Shown here: piece by piece, positions 28,497 to 41,236 of the stretch | Position numbering within the stretch: position 1 is the stretch's first letter | Layout of the letters: every line of letters begins with the position of its first letter | Program-made: the position numbers and the translations under genes | The notes under the pieces: generated by a model | What the model was told of the DNA's origin: nothing | Database searches by the model: none | Seen by the model: only the letters and a program-made list of their open reading frames with translations | Source of the DNA: Ancylonema sp. | Taxonomy: Eukaryota | DNA: 64,000 nt | Assembly (NCBI GenBank): GCA_050230475.1 | Contig: JBFLGF010000051.1 | Coordinates: forward strand, 1-64,000 | Direction of reading: 5' to 3'

Positions 28497-29629
28497 CAGT
28501 GCAGTCTTGATATGGTGACACACTGTACAGTGACAATCGCGATATAGTGACATTTTTTTTGCCCTTTTTCTAATCCTATATGAAAACTTACTCTATATAG
28601 TGACAATCGCTACAGTGACACACGTTATAGTGAACAAAAATTCCCAGATTTTTGTGTTGCGATGTCACTATACGGTGAAACCTGTCTAAATTTATACTGT
28701 GAAAATAAATAACCTGTCTATTCATAATATTCTGCCTGAATTGTTTTTAGCCAAAATGTGACGCGTAAATTAATAACCAGTCTAATTTGCCGTACCAGCC
28801 AGAGATAATGCGCCAGAAAATCGGAAAATTAATTATTAACAGTAGGCTCCAAACAGTTGCGCCAGCCAAATTTGAATTAATTAGTACGCGCCAAGAGTGT
28901 GCGCCAGGCAAATTTTAATTAATAAAAATGATCCAAAAAATAGTTGCGCCAGGTGTTTTCCTTATTAATTAATATGATCCGATCCAATTTGCGCCATTAT
29001 ATAGGGACATGAGGGAGCTTTCACCCCTTGGGTTCTGGGCTCTTCGATCCCAGCGACCTTCCAAAATGGGCCAAAAACCGCTCTCCGTACACGAGCCCGG
29101 AGTTCCACAACTCGAAGCCCGGGGGCGTGGAGCTATTCTTCATTACAAGCACCTCTCGACATAGTAATAATTGAAATTTGATTTTCGATGTGAGATCAGA
29201 ATATTCGCTAAATAATATTGTTGCGCCAAAATTTCCTCGATTTTAATTATTTATTTGCGCCAATAGGGTGCGCCAGCGTGGTCAAAATAATCAATTTAGT
29301 ACGCGCCAAAAACGTGTGCGCCAGGCAAAATGGTAATTATTTTTTGGCGCGTTATCTCTGGCTGGTACAGTTTTTTTTTTTTTTTTTATGGTTCCAACAT
29401 TAGTCATGTAGACAGGTTTTACTATAGCGAGAGGATGTTATAACGAAAGCCGTTTCGATGAGCCACCTCCGTTAAAATATCGACCAGAAATTCACTTTCT
29501 CTCGTTATAGTGACATTTGCCTATTGTCGCCCTATCAAATGTACACTGTATAGTGACAGCCCTAGCATTCGATATGGTGACATTAAATCCCCATGTCTAT
29601 AAAATTGTCACTATATCGAGACTGCACTG
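28497..29629. mobile_element. Tc1/mariner (pogo-like) MITE family A with two nested MITEs
   Basis: TIR CAGTGCAGTCTTGATATGGTGACA / TGTCACTATATCGAGACTGCACTG|TA. Contains B (28673-29424; CGGTGAAACCTGTCTA / TAGACAGGTTTTACTA; TA flanks), which contains C. A homologue without C lies at 48599-49146. Confidence 0.85.
28790..29370. mobile_element. CCGTAC-type MITE (C) with TGCGCC subterminal motifs, nested in B within A
   Basis: TIR CCGTACCAGCCAGAGATAA / TTATCTCTGGCTGGTACAG. Absent from the homologous position in 48599-49146. Confidence 0.85.
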
Positions 29630-30829
29630 TACCGCAATTTACGGCCTAGGCCTACGCCTACCACCCTACCGACTTTTCAGAGTCCATGCGGATGGACCGA
29701 CGCACTACGGTAGGATGCGGTAGGGCGGTAGGTAGGCGTGGGGGGGCAGGGCGGTGTGTGGTGGGGAAGCGGTAGGAATATGGTTGGGAACCCTGAAAAA
29801 CCGGCTCTGAAGCACGTTCAATAATAATGGCACGTGCAACAACGTCTTTATTAGTGTACTTTCTTACAGATTGCAAGATAGGAATGATACAAGCTCAACA
29901 TGTAAATCTAATGCCGTATGAAACTAAAGCGTTCTTGTATGCCACTTTTACTTAGTGACTTCGTATCTTGTTCGAGTTTTGTAAGTGGTTGACATACATG
30001 TATATGGGAACTGAATTCACGCATGCATCTTTACGAGCATCGAATACGTCTCAAAAGTGCAAAACCAATCATGCTCGGCTCTAATATCGAGCCATACTGC
30101 AACACAATAAAATCATTGAATTTATGAAACAATGATACACAGCGTTCACCGTCGACTGTTAGAAAATTGTTTAGTCTAAATTATTCTCTTGTACGATCGT
30201 CGGTATACCATTCCCGACGATGACACTCTTTTAATATTTGCTCTACAAATCTTCCTCTCCGATAATTGATCATCGTGATACATCGCATGTTGCAGGAAAG
30301 TAATTGTAACCTGATTATCTTGTACATGTGTAATTGGAAATCAATCCTTTAAAGTTTGTTTGGTTGTTTGAAGTTTTTCATTAGTGCCTCATCGCGGTAG
30401 TTCGCGTTACGCAATAAGTTATATTTTGGATGACGCGTATAGGTGGTGTACGGGCCGGCACTATCACTTTATCGGTGCGTCGAGAATGTAGTGAGACGTT
30501 GATGTGAGTGGCAACGCAACAATTTTGTGCGGATGGATAGATCCGTCCGTGTAGTAAATTCGCGAAGTTGCATTGCGCGATGTAATGACGTGGTGATGCA
30601 TGTGGACATATCATCCGCAATGGTCAATCCACATTAGCGCAATGTCCGAATCAAAACAAAATATTATATTTAATTCGTAAGAACGACTTACAACATTGAT
30701 TTTACTCCCTACGCGTATGCATCCAATGTTGGAGCATCGCAAAATATGATTTTGTATTCAAACTTTCGTATTCTATCACAAGTTGTGACGTGTGATCAAG
30801 TAAGTAAATACCAACTGTGTAAGCGATGT

Positions 30830-31331
30830 CGGACGATGACAAACGCCCAAACGGAAAAAAAATCATCCTCATCGCCGTTTGCCAAACGCAAACCTTTGCA
30901 AACCTTCTAAACGATAAAAGTGCACATAGAAATGCGCCACACACAAAAAAAACGGAGTTGAAAACGTAATGAATAAACAAATAGATAAACAAACATATAA
31001 AAATGAAAAAAAAACGATGACGAAAGATAGAGAAAAATAAAAACCACAGATTGCGGAAATATTATTTTGAAGTCGCAAAATTGCAAGATCTCAAAAATGC
31101 GAAAAAAAAGTATCGTTTGGGAGACGTACGAACAACCGTACTCACGTTTGGCGACGCTCTTACACTTCATGGCCGTTGGCAAACGTCCGCACATTTGTAC
31201 GGATGTTTGGGCTCCTAGGCCATTTGGGAGGCCGTACATGTCTTTGGAGTTGGCACCGCTCTACGAAAATTCAATATTGCGTTTGCACGGTTGGCGTTTG
31301 CCACATCCGCTCGCGTTTGGATGCAACCATG
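30830..31331. mobile_element. Degraded hAT-like MITE end with CAAACG/CGTTTG motifs
   Basis: Repeated CAAACG/CGTTTG, ending ...GATGCAACCATG (reverse complement CATGGTTGCATC). Left end not found. Confidence 0.4.
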
Positions 31332-34054
31332 ATAAGCTTATAGAAACATAGAGCGATTTTCATGAATGGATGTATGTCGGACGTTCCGTATGACATACGA
31401 TAGACGAATGGGTGCAACCATATTAAAATGTTATCTGCAATCCGTGCTTGGCTTTCGCGCTCCGTTTGTTTTTCATACTCCTTGCCATATTCATCGATTC
31501 TTACTTCTTCAATTGTCCCATGCTGCGTTTTTTACGTGATCATTCTTGAATGTCTACGCTAAATTTTACTCACGTCATTCACTGAGTGCAAAAAGCGTTG
31601 GCGTATATTTGGCTATCGATCATATACTCAGTGAGTAATTTGCATGCACTTAAATTGACGCATCGAACTTCTTGGATTGCTTTGCCTTGAGATGGGGGAT
31701 GCACCCGGGACGGAGGAGGGGAGGGCGGCCATAGCGAAGAGCCCTCACCAAAAGTCGGTGGGGAGTACTTTGGTGAACTTGGCTGAATAGACCACGCTTT
31801 ATTTGGCAATGGATGTGAGTGCTTTGAGCAGGTTTGGTGACCAACGCATCGGGAAGCCCCTGTCATGACGCTAGAGATCGCGAAGGAAAAAACCCCTATG
31901 AATTGATCAAAAACCCTTCTAGAATAATACTTCTCTACAACGAGAGTATTCGATACAACGATATCTAGAATTAGTACTTCACAAGAAAAATAGTGAAGTA
32001 CGATTTTGTACGACTCGAAAATAACGCGTGGCGTATTTTCCGAAGTCTAGAACCCACCAGTTTCAACGAATAGCTGCTGCTCCTGATTTTTGTGTATCAC
32101 AAGTCACTTTCGACTTAACGATAATCCCGGCGATAAAATCCAGCCGTAGAATTAGAGTTAATATCTCGCGCCGTTTTCATCGTAGCGTCGAGATTACCTT
32201 GAAAGTTATAGACGCCAGCCTGTCGTTATCTTCGATAGACTAACTCTAGTGAACTCTGCCGGTTAGCACCCGGCAACAGATTTGATAAAGACAATTGTAC
32301 ATCCAAATCTACCAACTTCCGCTGTCAGATTGCGCTATTAAGAAATCCCTTCAACAATTCTTGTGTCATTCTAAATCCTTCCAATTCGGTGTATTTACAT
32401 CTGATTGTTTACACCTGATTGCTGACGCTCTTTCTGAGCCAGCATCTTTTATCGACACGCCATCGATACTTTGCTTTCGCACCGAAAGCAACTCTTACGG
32501 TTGTTGACCCTAATAGTCTGCACCAGACTATTTTGTTTGTGTTGCAGTATTTTCTACGACTTTAGTGTTGTAGTACATTTCTCTGCTTGCCCTAAAGTAG
32601 TGAATTTCACCAGACCGCTGAGACGTGTGATAGATATTATATTGATATCTCAAGGTGAGAGCAAGGTGAGAGCAATACATTACAAGATTGTGACATTATG
32701 AGATCATACCAACATCCACTAACCATAAAATAAATAAATCAGAAGAAGTTAGAGAGCAACGACTGATACCAAACTATTTAAGAGACAAGTACAAAGTCAA
32801 GTACAAAATCCTGGGCGGCCCACTCCAAACCGCACGTCACAGCTAAGATGGTAGTGCGGTACCTCGAAGGACTTTGGGGAATGGCTTTGTGTACTCTTTT
32901 GCAAGAATTTGTTACTATGTGGTGATATAAGGCTGGTTTCAACGGGAGCGATGTGACGAGAGGGCGCTCGGGGTATTTTAAGCGGGCTCCCGACTTCTTC
33001 AAGAATTGGGGTGTTATTTTGTGAGCTACCGTAGTCAATCTAAGGAAGTTGTCGCCCTTAGGAGCACGGAAGTTGTTTACATGGTCATCAAACATGTAAC
33101 GGAGAGAGGGGTCGTAGACCGTAAGATCAATCATATCGAACCGTCATTGTAGCTCCGAAGTTGACTAGTTTCCACGAGCACTACATGTTTCGAGCAATTA
33201 ATTGATATTTATGTGCTTCTCTACCTCTTATTGGGAGCACGATTCTCGCGGCATTTGTTCCGCCAATGTGATTCGTGGAGGACATTATTGTGTCGAGATT
33301 TTTGACCTTCTAAAACGAGTTCGTTGCAAAAATGTACTCGAAGAGGGCGGGACCGTATATAAACTCGGCTGGGCACCAACTCGGACGCCGCCCCTTCGAA
33401 CGTTATATTTCGACAGCTGATGAACCCAAATAAAAAAGATAAACTTGTGAATGGCTCATGGTTTTTTTTTTTTTTTTTTGGTGTGTGGGTATGCGCTAGT
33501 TGAGCTTGTAGTTGAATTCATATTTCCGATTTTTTCATTTGGATATTTATGAAGTTTTAAAAAGCGAAAATACCATATTCCGAATAAGAAACTAGGTACA
33601 TCCGGGCAGTGGGCGGGTAGGCGGCGGATGGTGGTTTAGGTAACGTATACCGAACGGGGGCGGAGCCGAACGTGGACTTGTGGAATTTCTGTACATGTAT
33701 GACTGTCGATACAACGACCCTTAGAATAATGACCAGCTTGGGATTCCGTTGCTTTATAACCGATTTTAGCTTATATACAAAAGATTTTCTCGATATTAGT
33801 ATAATGACCCTCCATTTAATAGTCATTACTATTGAGAGTAGATTGTAGATTGTAGATAATCTAGAACACTACAATTCATGTCGTTGTATAGTAGTGTTTA
33901 TTACGGTGCGTCTCACGCATAACGAAAAAATATATTTGTATCCGTACCTATTTGTAAAACACAACACACATAGGGCAGTTGGAGATAAACCCAAGGCACA
34001 TGTTCGCACTTGGCATGCTGTGACTCTAGATGATTGAGCAAAGTTTGGTGTTTA

Positions 34055-34325
34055 CCGTACTGGGCACCGTACATCATTTTTAATTAATTATTGAAACCCG
34101 AAATCAGTCATGTCTATGAATACCTCTTAGGTCGGAATCATTAACAACAAATCATTGATATTAATACCACTTTTGGATTTGTTTTGATTTTTGTATGTAG
34201 GTTTCCAGAAATCATTGCCAAAAATCATCAATAATAATTACCGGATTCCCGGAATCTTTCTTACAAATCATTAACAAATTAATCCGTTTTGAAAAAACAG
34301 AAATAATTTACTGTGCCCAGTACGG
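34055..34325. mobile_element. 271-bp CCGTAC-type Tc1/pogo-like MITE
   Basis: TA|CCGTACTGGGCAC ... GTGCCCAGTACGG|TA, a perfect 13-bp TIR. Both ends are homologous to the ends of 49487-50656. Confidence 0.88.
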
Positions 34326-34386
34326 TACTTTGCCTCATTTACAAATTCCCTCGATATAGTGGCAGACAATCATTTCATATTTAACT

Positions 34387-34560
34387 ACACTTAACGAGTC
34401 TAAAGGAATACTGTCTAAAGGAATATCCTCTCTAAAGGAATACAAATTCCCGGTCCCAAATCCGGATTTATTACCGTCCCCGTCTGAGTGAATAACCTGT
34501 CTGAAGGAATGTTATTTCCCGGTCCCGACAATATTCCTTTAGACAATTGTTTTACAATAT
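34387..34560. mobile_element. Degenerate Tc1/pogo-like MITE upstream of RPL31
   Basis: Repeated TCTAAAGGAATA with inverted TATTCCTTTAGAC. Similar sequence at 38430-38640. Confidence 0.45.
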
Positions 34561-34732
34561 GAGGACTCTTCGAAATAACGTTTTTTTTTTTCCCCCCCGT
34601 TATATCAGATTTTTACTGTAGGACGACAATGGCGAAACGTGATGGAGATTTGCCGGACTGGCGCACAGTTGTCATGTTCGGCGCTGAGGTTTGCTTTTCG
34701 GGTTCAAGTACGCCGTAGCCCGCTCACGCAGC

Positions 34733-34748
34733 CCTCTCTTCCGCTCTC
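34733..34748 (+). promoter_or_regulatory. Pyrimidine-rich (5'TOP-like) tract before RPL31
   Basis: CCTCTCTTCCGCTCTC ~35-50 nt upstream of the ATG, typical of ribosomal-protein transcription starts. Confidence 0.45.
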
Positions 34749-34780
34749 AGGAACTTCAGGTCTGACAGCTCCCGGCGGCC

Positions 34781-35714
34781 ATGGCTCTCGGAGACAAAGG
34801 GAAGCCGAGGAAGGAGGAAGTCGTGACTCGGGAGTACACTGTGAATCTGCACAAGAGACTCCATGGCGCGTAAGTCGCTCGCACCCGCGATCGTAAAAAC
34901 CTGATGGGTTTATGTGAAGTAGATTACAATAAACTATTGCAGAGTGACTCATAGCTGACATATGGTAAATTGAAAGGATGTGGAAGATGAAGAACCCAGG
35001 CTCTAGGCCCAAACCCTCGAGCGTGTGCGAGGTACCCTTGCACAACCGATACCGTATTAGTACGCTGATGGTAGTCCTACAACGACGTAGAATCAGCATT
35101 TGACGGCAGAGAAACCAATAAGAGACCATCGACCAGTTCAGGGACTCGTACCGTACGTTTCATGTACCTGCTGAGCCACTGTCTCTTGCTGCGGGTAGTC
35201 GACGTCAACGCTGTCGCTGTCGTGTCGTGAAGGGACGTCATTTGGACCTGAACCCCGCTGTCAAGGTCTCAGAGTGGGCCTCAGAGTGGGCCTCAGAGTA
35301 GCGTTCTACTTGTTTCCAGCAGCCCAGCTGGTTTTGGTAGGGTCACAAAAATAGATATAACGGACCAATCCTCTTGTGTCAAAATCTATCATTGACCACT
35401 AAACCGTTTATCGCCCCCCTCGTACTATTTTCAGCACCTTTAAGAAGAAGGCTCCCCGAGCAATTAAGGAGATCCGAAAGTTTGCTCAAAAGGCCATGGG
35501 CACCACTGACGTTCGAGTGGATACGAAGCTGAACAAATTCCTGTGGAGTCGGGGCGTACGAAATGTGCCCATGCGCGTCCGGATTCGCATCTCCCGAAAA
35601 CGCAATGACGATGAGGATGCCAAGGAGGAGCTTTATTCTTATGTCACTGTGGCAGATATCCCCGCTGAGGGTTTGTCAGGACTAGGCACGAAGATTGTGG
35701 AGGAGGAGGACTAG
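34781..35714 (+). CDS. RPL31: 60S ribosomal protein L31 (eL31)
   Basis: Exons 34781-34869 and 35435-35714: [75 protein letters not shown]...KIVEEED*. Confidence 0.98.
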
Positions 35715-36398
35715 AGCTGGAACTGGATATGTTTAGCTGCCGCAATTGTAAGAGTGGAATTCAACTTACTAAGTGCTGCCTGTATATACATGGCTGGATG
35801 AGTGGATCATGGTTGGATGACTCCTGGATTGGTCGAAACCATTTTACAACCAGCCACTTTCGAACCTGCTTTGTTGTGTATATTGTCTCCTCATATGTAT
35901 CACTAAGGTCAGATGTGTTGACAAAACTAATGCACCAAGGCGCTAATAATCAGTATGACGATGAACATCTGAAAGAAAGACTCGGCATGTTGAAAATTTG
36001 GTTTTTCGGTTGTGGAATGAAACTAATCAGGTACCCATAACCTCGGATTCGATCCGGATCGTAGACACCCCGATTGCATTGTGCTTAAAAAGAATAATAA
36101 TAATAAAATATTGTAGCCACACTCCGGTGCAATTGAGTGTATTTGCGCAATCACTAGAATGCTGTACAACACGAGTGTATTTAGCAAATTTTAAGCAAAT
36201 GATAATCTAGAGAGTCTAAAAAAATAACCCCAAATTATTTGGTGGTCACCCTTGGATGCCTTTAAAGTGAATCATGGTGCATTCAAAAGGTTTTGTCATA
36301 CAACTTCATCAAAAGATGAAGTCATCGAAGTGTAAAGCACCACATACTAATCGGAATACGTATAACAATAGATGCACTTCTTGATAGTGGATGCCTTC

Positions 36399-36675
36399 CA
36401 TAGTTGTGTCCCGGACGCGAAGATGCCGGACGCGTCCGGCCCTCGTCACGTCCCGGACGCGTCCGGAGATCCCCGGACGATCTGGGACGCAACAAAGATG
36501 CAAAAACAAAAACAAAAACAAAAATCATTATGAAGTTACTCAAATCTGGGGGTTCCAAAAATATGGATTACAGATTTTGGCTGTGGCATCCGGGTCTGGG
36601 ACACGTCCGGGACGCGTCTGGCCCTGTCCGCGTCTCGGACGCGTCCGCAAATCCCCGGACGGTCCGGGACGCAAG
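36399..36675. mobile_element. hAT-like element left end with GGACGCGTCC subterminal motifs
   Basis: CATAGTTGTGTCCC start and dense CGGACGCGTCC. Candidate degenerate right end GGGACCCAACTACA at ~38419-38432; TSD not confirmed. Confidence 0.5.
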
Positions 36676-38104
36676 TTTGATGCCTTTTCTCTATTGAGGA
36701 GTTCATGTGTTCGAACACATGGATTTTTGCACACATACACATACCCGTACACACAAACACAATGTCCTATCTATATTGATCGTATATGGCTACACGTGTA
36801 AGCACTACACAGTAAAAGTACATCGCACCAATCGTGACTATAACAAGGTCCACTCGACCGTTCAAGCTACCACATACCTAGGCCATCTCCCGAGGCACAC
36901 CTTGTACTCGCATAACCGCGCCTAGACGGCATGGAGCTACCGAGCACCAATCCCCATCACCGCGCCTAGACGGCATGCGGTGCCGCAACTCGCGTAATCA
37001 CAACGCGCTTCAAATTAATGCTCACTAACGTACTGGGCAAGATATCGAGCTCTGTATCTAGATGCATCGAACGCACTATCGCACGCAGCAAACGTCCACC
37101 TTTACGAGACATAACATTCGATCAATGATATCAACCATTGAAATAGCCGTGGTCAAAACTCAACGCATTCAAAAATTGCCACGTAACCGCTCTTTCCAAA
37201 GCTTAATCAGTACGCACTCTGGCGTAATGCAGCCAGAGAGCTCAAGCATCATAATACATAGTCCAAAAGTCCAACAAGGGACTTCCGATTCACTTCCGAT
37301 TTACTTTCCGTACGCTACAATGCACCATACACCATACGCATGCGTCCGATCGAGCGCAATCAGTCCAAATAAATTATATCCTCAACCGCAATCGAATACG
37401 ATCACAATCGGCCAATCACATCAGTGCCAGCGTGTCACTATATGACCCCTCAACCCGGGAGGCACGTACGACCGCGTTTCGCCGGAACGTCCCGTGGCCC
37501 GACGGCCGCTATACTGAACCGTAACCAAAAGTCTCCGCTACGGCAATCGCCACAAATTGCGAATATCGATCGTTCTATCGAACAATTAATGATTCGGCGG
37601 GCCCCCGCCCGCTGCCGCTCTATCGCGACCAAATAAATATCCCAGCCTCCAGCCGCCTACCGCACTACCGCAGACCGCATGCTAGTAGCGTCAACCGTAC
37701 CCGGATCAATACCCGACCGGGACCTTACGGCACACACGTGCCGCACGTGCGACAGGAATAAGTATGACAACACATACGCACACACACACTCATGTTGAGT
37801 CGATATTTAAATCAGTAATGAAGATGAACATTGGTTGACAAGAATTCCACGTCCCTAACCTTCGCATTCATGATTGGACACGGACCGTTCGGAGATTCTC
37901 GGGACGTGTCTGGGACCCAAACACACGCAACGCCTTCTCGAGCGTCCATTTCGTGATTTTGGAAATTGAGTCTTAAAACATTATAGCTTGTAAATGCATA
38001 ATAATTTGCACGATAGGTGATTAATTTACAAGTTTAATTTTGGGTGTAAGCCCGAAGTATTTGTTTTTTTTTGAAAATTTGAAATGCAATGAACTACAAC
38101 ACGT

Positions 38105-38275
38105 TCACTGTATATGACATCGCAATAAAAAAATCTGAAATTTGGTGGTCACTACAACGTGTGTCTCTATAGCGATTGTTACTATATAAAGTGGGTTTCT
38201 ATGCATAATCAGAAAAAGGGTAAAAAAAAAATCACTATATCAAGATTGTCACTGTACATTGTAACACTATATCAA
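38105..38275. mobile_element. Partial copy of MITE family A
   Basis: Aligns with 48970-49140 (GACATCGCAATA...GCGATTGT...CACTATATCAAG). Confidence 0.7.
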
Positions 38276-39084
38276 GGGAAAACGGTATTAAATTTGTGGT
38301 CTGACATTCGTCGTATAATAAACGTTTACCTCGGTTCCTTCAGGTTCTTAATATTGGGCTATTATCGTCCTATGGCACAAAGTGCCTTCGGAACCACACG
38401 TCCCGGACAAGCGTGTCCGGGACCCAACTACATTGAAACTTGTCTAAAAGAATACTTTTGGGGGGGGGGGAAGTATTCCTTCAGTCAGGTTATTCATTTA
38501 GAAAAGTATTCCTTCAGTCAGTTTATTCATTTAGACAGGTGGAATAACTACACTACCCAACGTTTGGGAGGGATTTTTTCTATTCTTTTAGAGAGGTTAC
38601 TCTGTTAGACAGTATTATTTTAGACAGGTTTTACTATATGCCGAAAACCGACAACAAATTCCACCCACTATACTATATTTGAAAATATGTATTTTTGAGA
38701 TTTTTGGGTTTTTTTTTGGGTTCAATTCAAACTACGTTTCTTGAAACTCCCGTTCCATACAGGCTCAAATTCGCACGCGTAAATGATTACAAAATTTAGC
38801 GAAACAACACATATTATGAACGTTTGATCCAGTTGTCTACTGCGATGATGTACGTGGCAAGTGGGATCAAGTATTCACAAAATGCGGGCGCACGAATATT
38901 CGAAACGACACGTCAATTATTTGGAAGACCTTCAAAATACAAACCAAAAAAAATACATGTCTTATTTCTTCATACACATGAACGGACCGGCGGACCGGGG
39001 TTTCGAGTTACGGATTTCGGTCCGAGGCCCGTCCTTTTAGGCTAAATTCCGAGACCGACGGTATAGGGATCCTTTTGATATTCA

Positions 39085-39579
39085 CCGTACTGGCTCACTT
39101 TAATACCTAAAAAAATAATTATTTGTAGTTGGGGCGAGGTAAGTCAATCAATTCAAGCTTTTCGATTTTGGGGTATCAAGTAGGTTTGGTAATTTGCTCT
39201 ATGGGATTTTTGGGATATTATCCTCAGAATCTGCCAACCGGGGTAAGAGCAGTGGCAAGCTCTAAACAATCGGGGTTGTTTCCCGGGGTTAGGTTTGTGG
39301 GCGCATTCCAATTTTCGATGCGCGGTTGTCCCTTGTAACTGGCTTTATTGGACATAGGGGTTATTATTGTGCCCATTAGGGTTCGAATATAATTAAAACC
39401 CGTTGCCGGGTTCGAGTGTTAAGTCGCCGGGGTACTGTAATTAATAGCTAAAAAAATAGGATGAGGGAAGGCCGTGGGGTCACTATACTTGTTTTCTTTT
39501 GCTGGGGTAAGGGGGTGGGGGAAGAATTAAGAAATTGTTTGGGGAAAAGGGTGGAGATATTTAAGTTGGCCAGTACCGG
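39085..39579. mobile_element. ~495-bp CCGTAC-type MITE
   Basis: CCGTACTGGC ... GCCAGTACCGG|TA. Reverse-complement homologue of 49729-50225. Confidence 0.8.
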
Positions 39580-39649
39580 TACTTTGAGATTCAAAGAGTT
39601 GGATCAACAATTCCGGAAATCTATATTTTATCATTTGGATTGAGCTAAA

Positions 39650-40190
39650 ATGCCAAAATATTGTACACCCTTTCAATCCCCCGACGTTTCCTTTTTTTCC
39701 CGAAAATTGCAAGGCAAAGTAAAAACCCTAAAAGGATCGCGGTCCGACCGGTTCCCTAATGTGGACCCGGACGGACCATATTTGCACGACCTTCGGGACT
39801 GGGTTTGAAGGTCCCCTTATCGAACCAAGGTCCGGCATTCCGGACCGGCAATTCAGGGTACATTCGGTTTTTATAGTTCTCCTTATTTTTGTTTTTCTAT
39901 TGGAGAAAAACTTCGCCATTTTGTTATTTATGTGTATTTTTTCAATTCGCATCCAATAAGAATGTCAAATAATAGTTACCCAAGCCAATGAGGTTTGAAA
40001 ATTAAATTTTTTCCGTGATGTATCGTTTATTTGGTTAAGAATAGCTACTATTTCCTACTCTTTTCGAACTTTTTAGCATTTGTAAATTTGTTGTGACTTT
40101 CATTGATTCATCTTTTCACATCCTCATTCATATACGTATTCCTCATGTTGTCAATCGAAGTGCGATATTAATTCTCCATTTTTTTGATCG
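39650..40190 (+). repeat. Dispersed repeat, homologous to 52893-53410
   Basis: Colinear similarity: AATATTGTACACC...CCCGAAAATTGC...AAAACCCTAAA...GGACGGACCATA(T/G)TTGCACGAC...AATAAGAATGTC...TTGTTGTGACT. Confidence 0.75.
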
Positions 40191-40234
40191 TCAATTTAAT
40201 GCATAATATAGAGAAAGAATGTTAATATTTGAAG

Positions 40235-40317
40235 CATAGCTGGGCGCGCACCGTGCGCAAGATTTCCGCACGCGTGCGGCACACGTGCGGGACGCGCACG
40301 CCAAAGACCCAACTATG
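40235..40317. mobile_element. 83-bp mini-MITE with CATAG(C/T)TGGG termini
   Basis: CATAGCTGGG ... CCCAACTATG, with flanks TTTGAAG / CTTGAAG and internal GCACGCG/CGTGCG motifs. Confidence 0.6.
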
Positions 40318-41236
40318 CTTGAAGTAAATATGTGTCTTGTTTCTTTTTGATTGAAAGATATCTTGGAACCAGGCCACCTTCCCAGTCTAATGGTAATTAC
40401 GGACCTGATTCTCATATTAGTCAACATTGCACACCAGGAGCACCGTGCAATTCCCCATGTTTCCCATTATCCAGAGTGTCCCGACTTCACTATCCGTGTA
40501 CCCCGCACTCCTTCGTTTAGGCCTTAGCTACTCAAAAACGTTGCACACCGAAGTTTTGCAAGAAAAGCAAGTCGAGCGTGAAGTCCAATCACGATTGGTT
40601 CGGATATTGTACTTCGCGGACTACGGTCCTAGAGGACCAGTTTTGGACCACTCTAGATGTGGACCGGTACTCAGGAAAAAAACCCATACTGCGAAAAAGG
40701 TTTTGTGATGCTTGCGGGACCCGAAACGTTGATTTCGACGAGCAATATTCCTAGTGCGTGGACCAAATATTCCTTGTGCCACTACTTACCCGAGGAAAAA
40801 TATGGTTATTAACACGGTCCGGGAACCGGCCAATCGATTTAGAAGCGTATGCTATTTTCCGTACCACCCAGAAGTCATGTACAAAACTCTACTATTTAGA
40901 AATATTGGATGGAGAATGACACAATGCATTATCTTGCCGATCACACACGAGGAAGAAGCGAATATTTCGTTTTTTGTGACATGTAATACAAACCAACCAA
41001 GACGGTCAATCATGGAAGAAGGACATCAATGTCATTGTGCGCGCCATAGTTTGCGTATACGTAGAGACACGAAAATGTTTATATTACCGATCCTACCGGT
41101 CATGAAAACTAACTTGGCAATGTTCGACATACTTAAAGAATCTTATGTTGTGAAAATTACCACTTATTATTAGCACATACGCTCAAATTGTTGCACCTCG
41201 CGCACTTTCATGATGAAAAGGTGCTTGTGGTTAGAG

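Noticed and set aside
32778..33134. 118-aa ORF or LINE 3' remnant
   Set aside because: No recognisable motif; the opposite-strand frame has several stops.
34870..35434. Intronic snoRNA in RPL31
   Set aside because: No convincing C/D or H/ACA box pair with a terminal stem seen.
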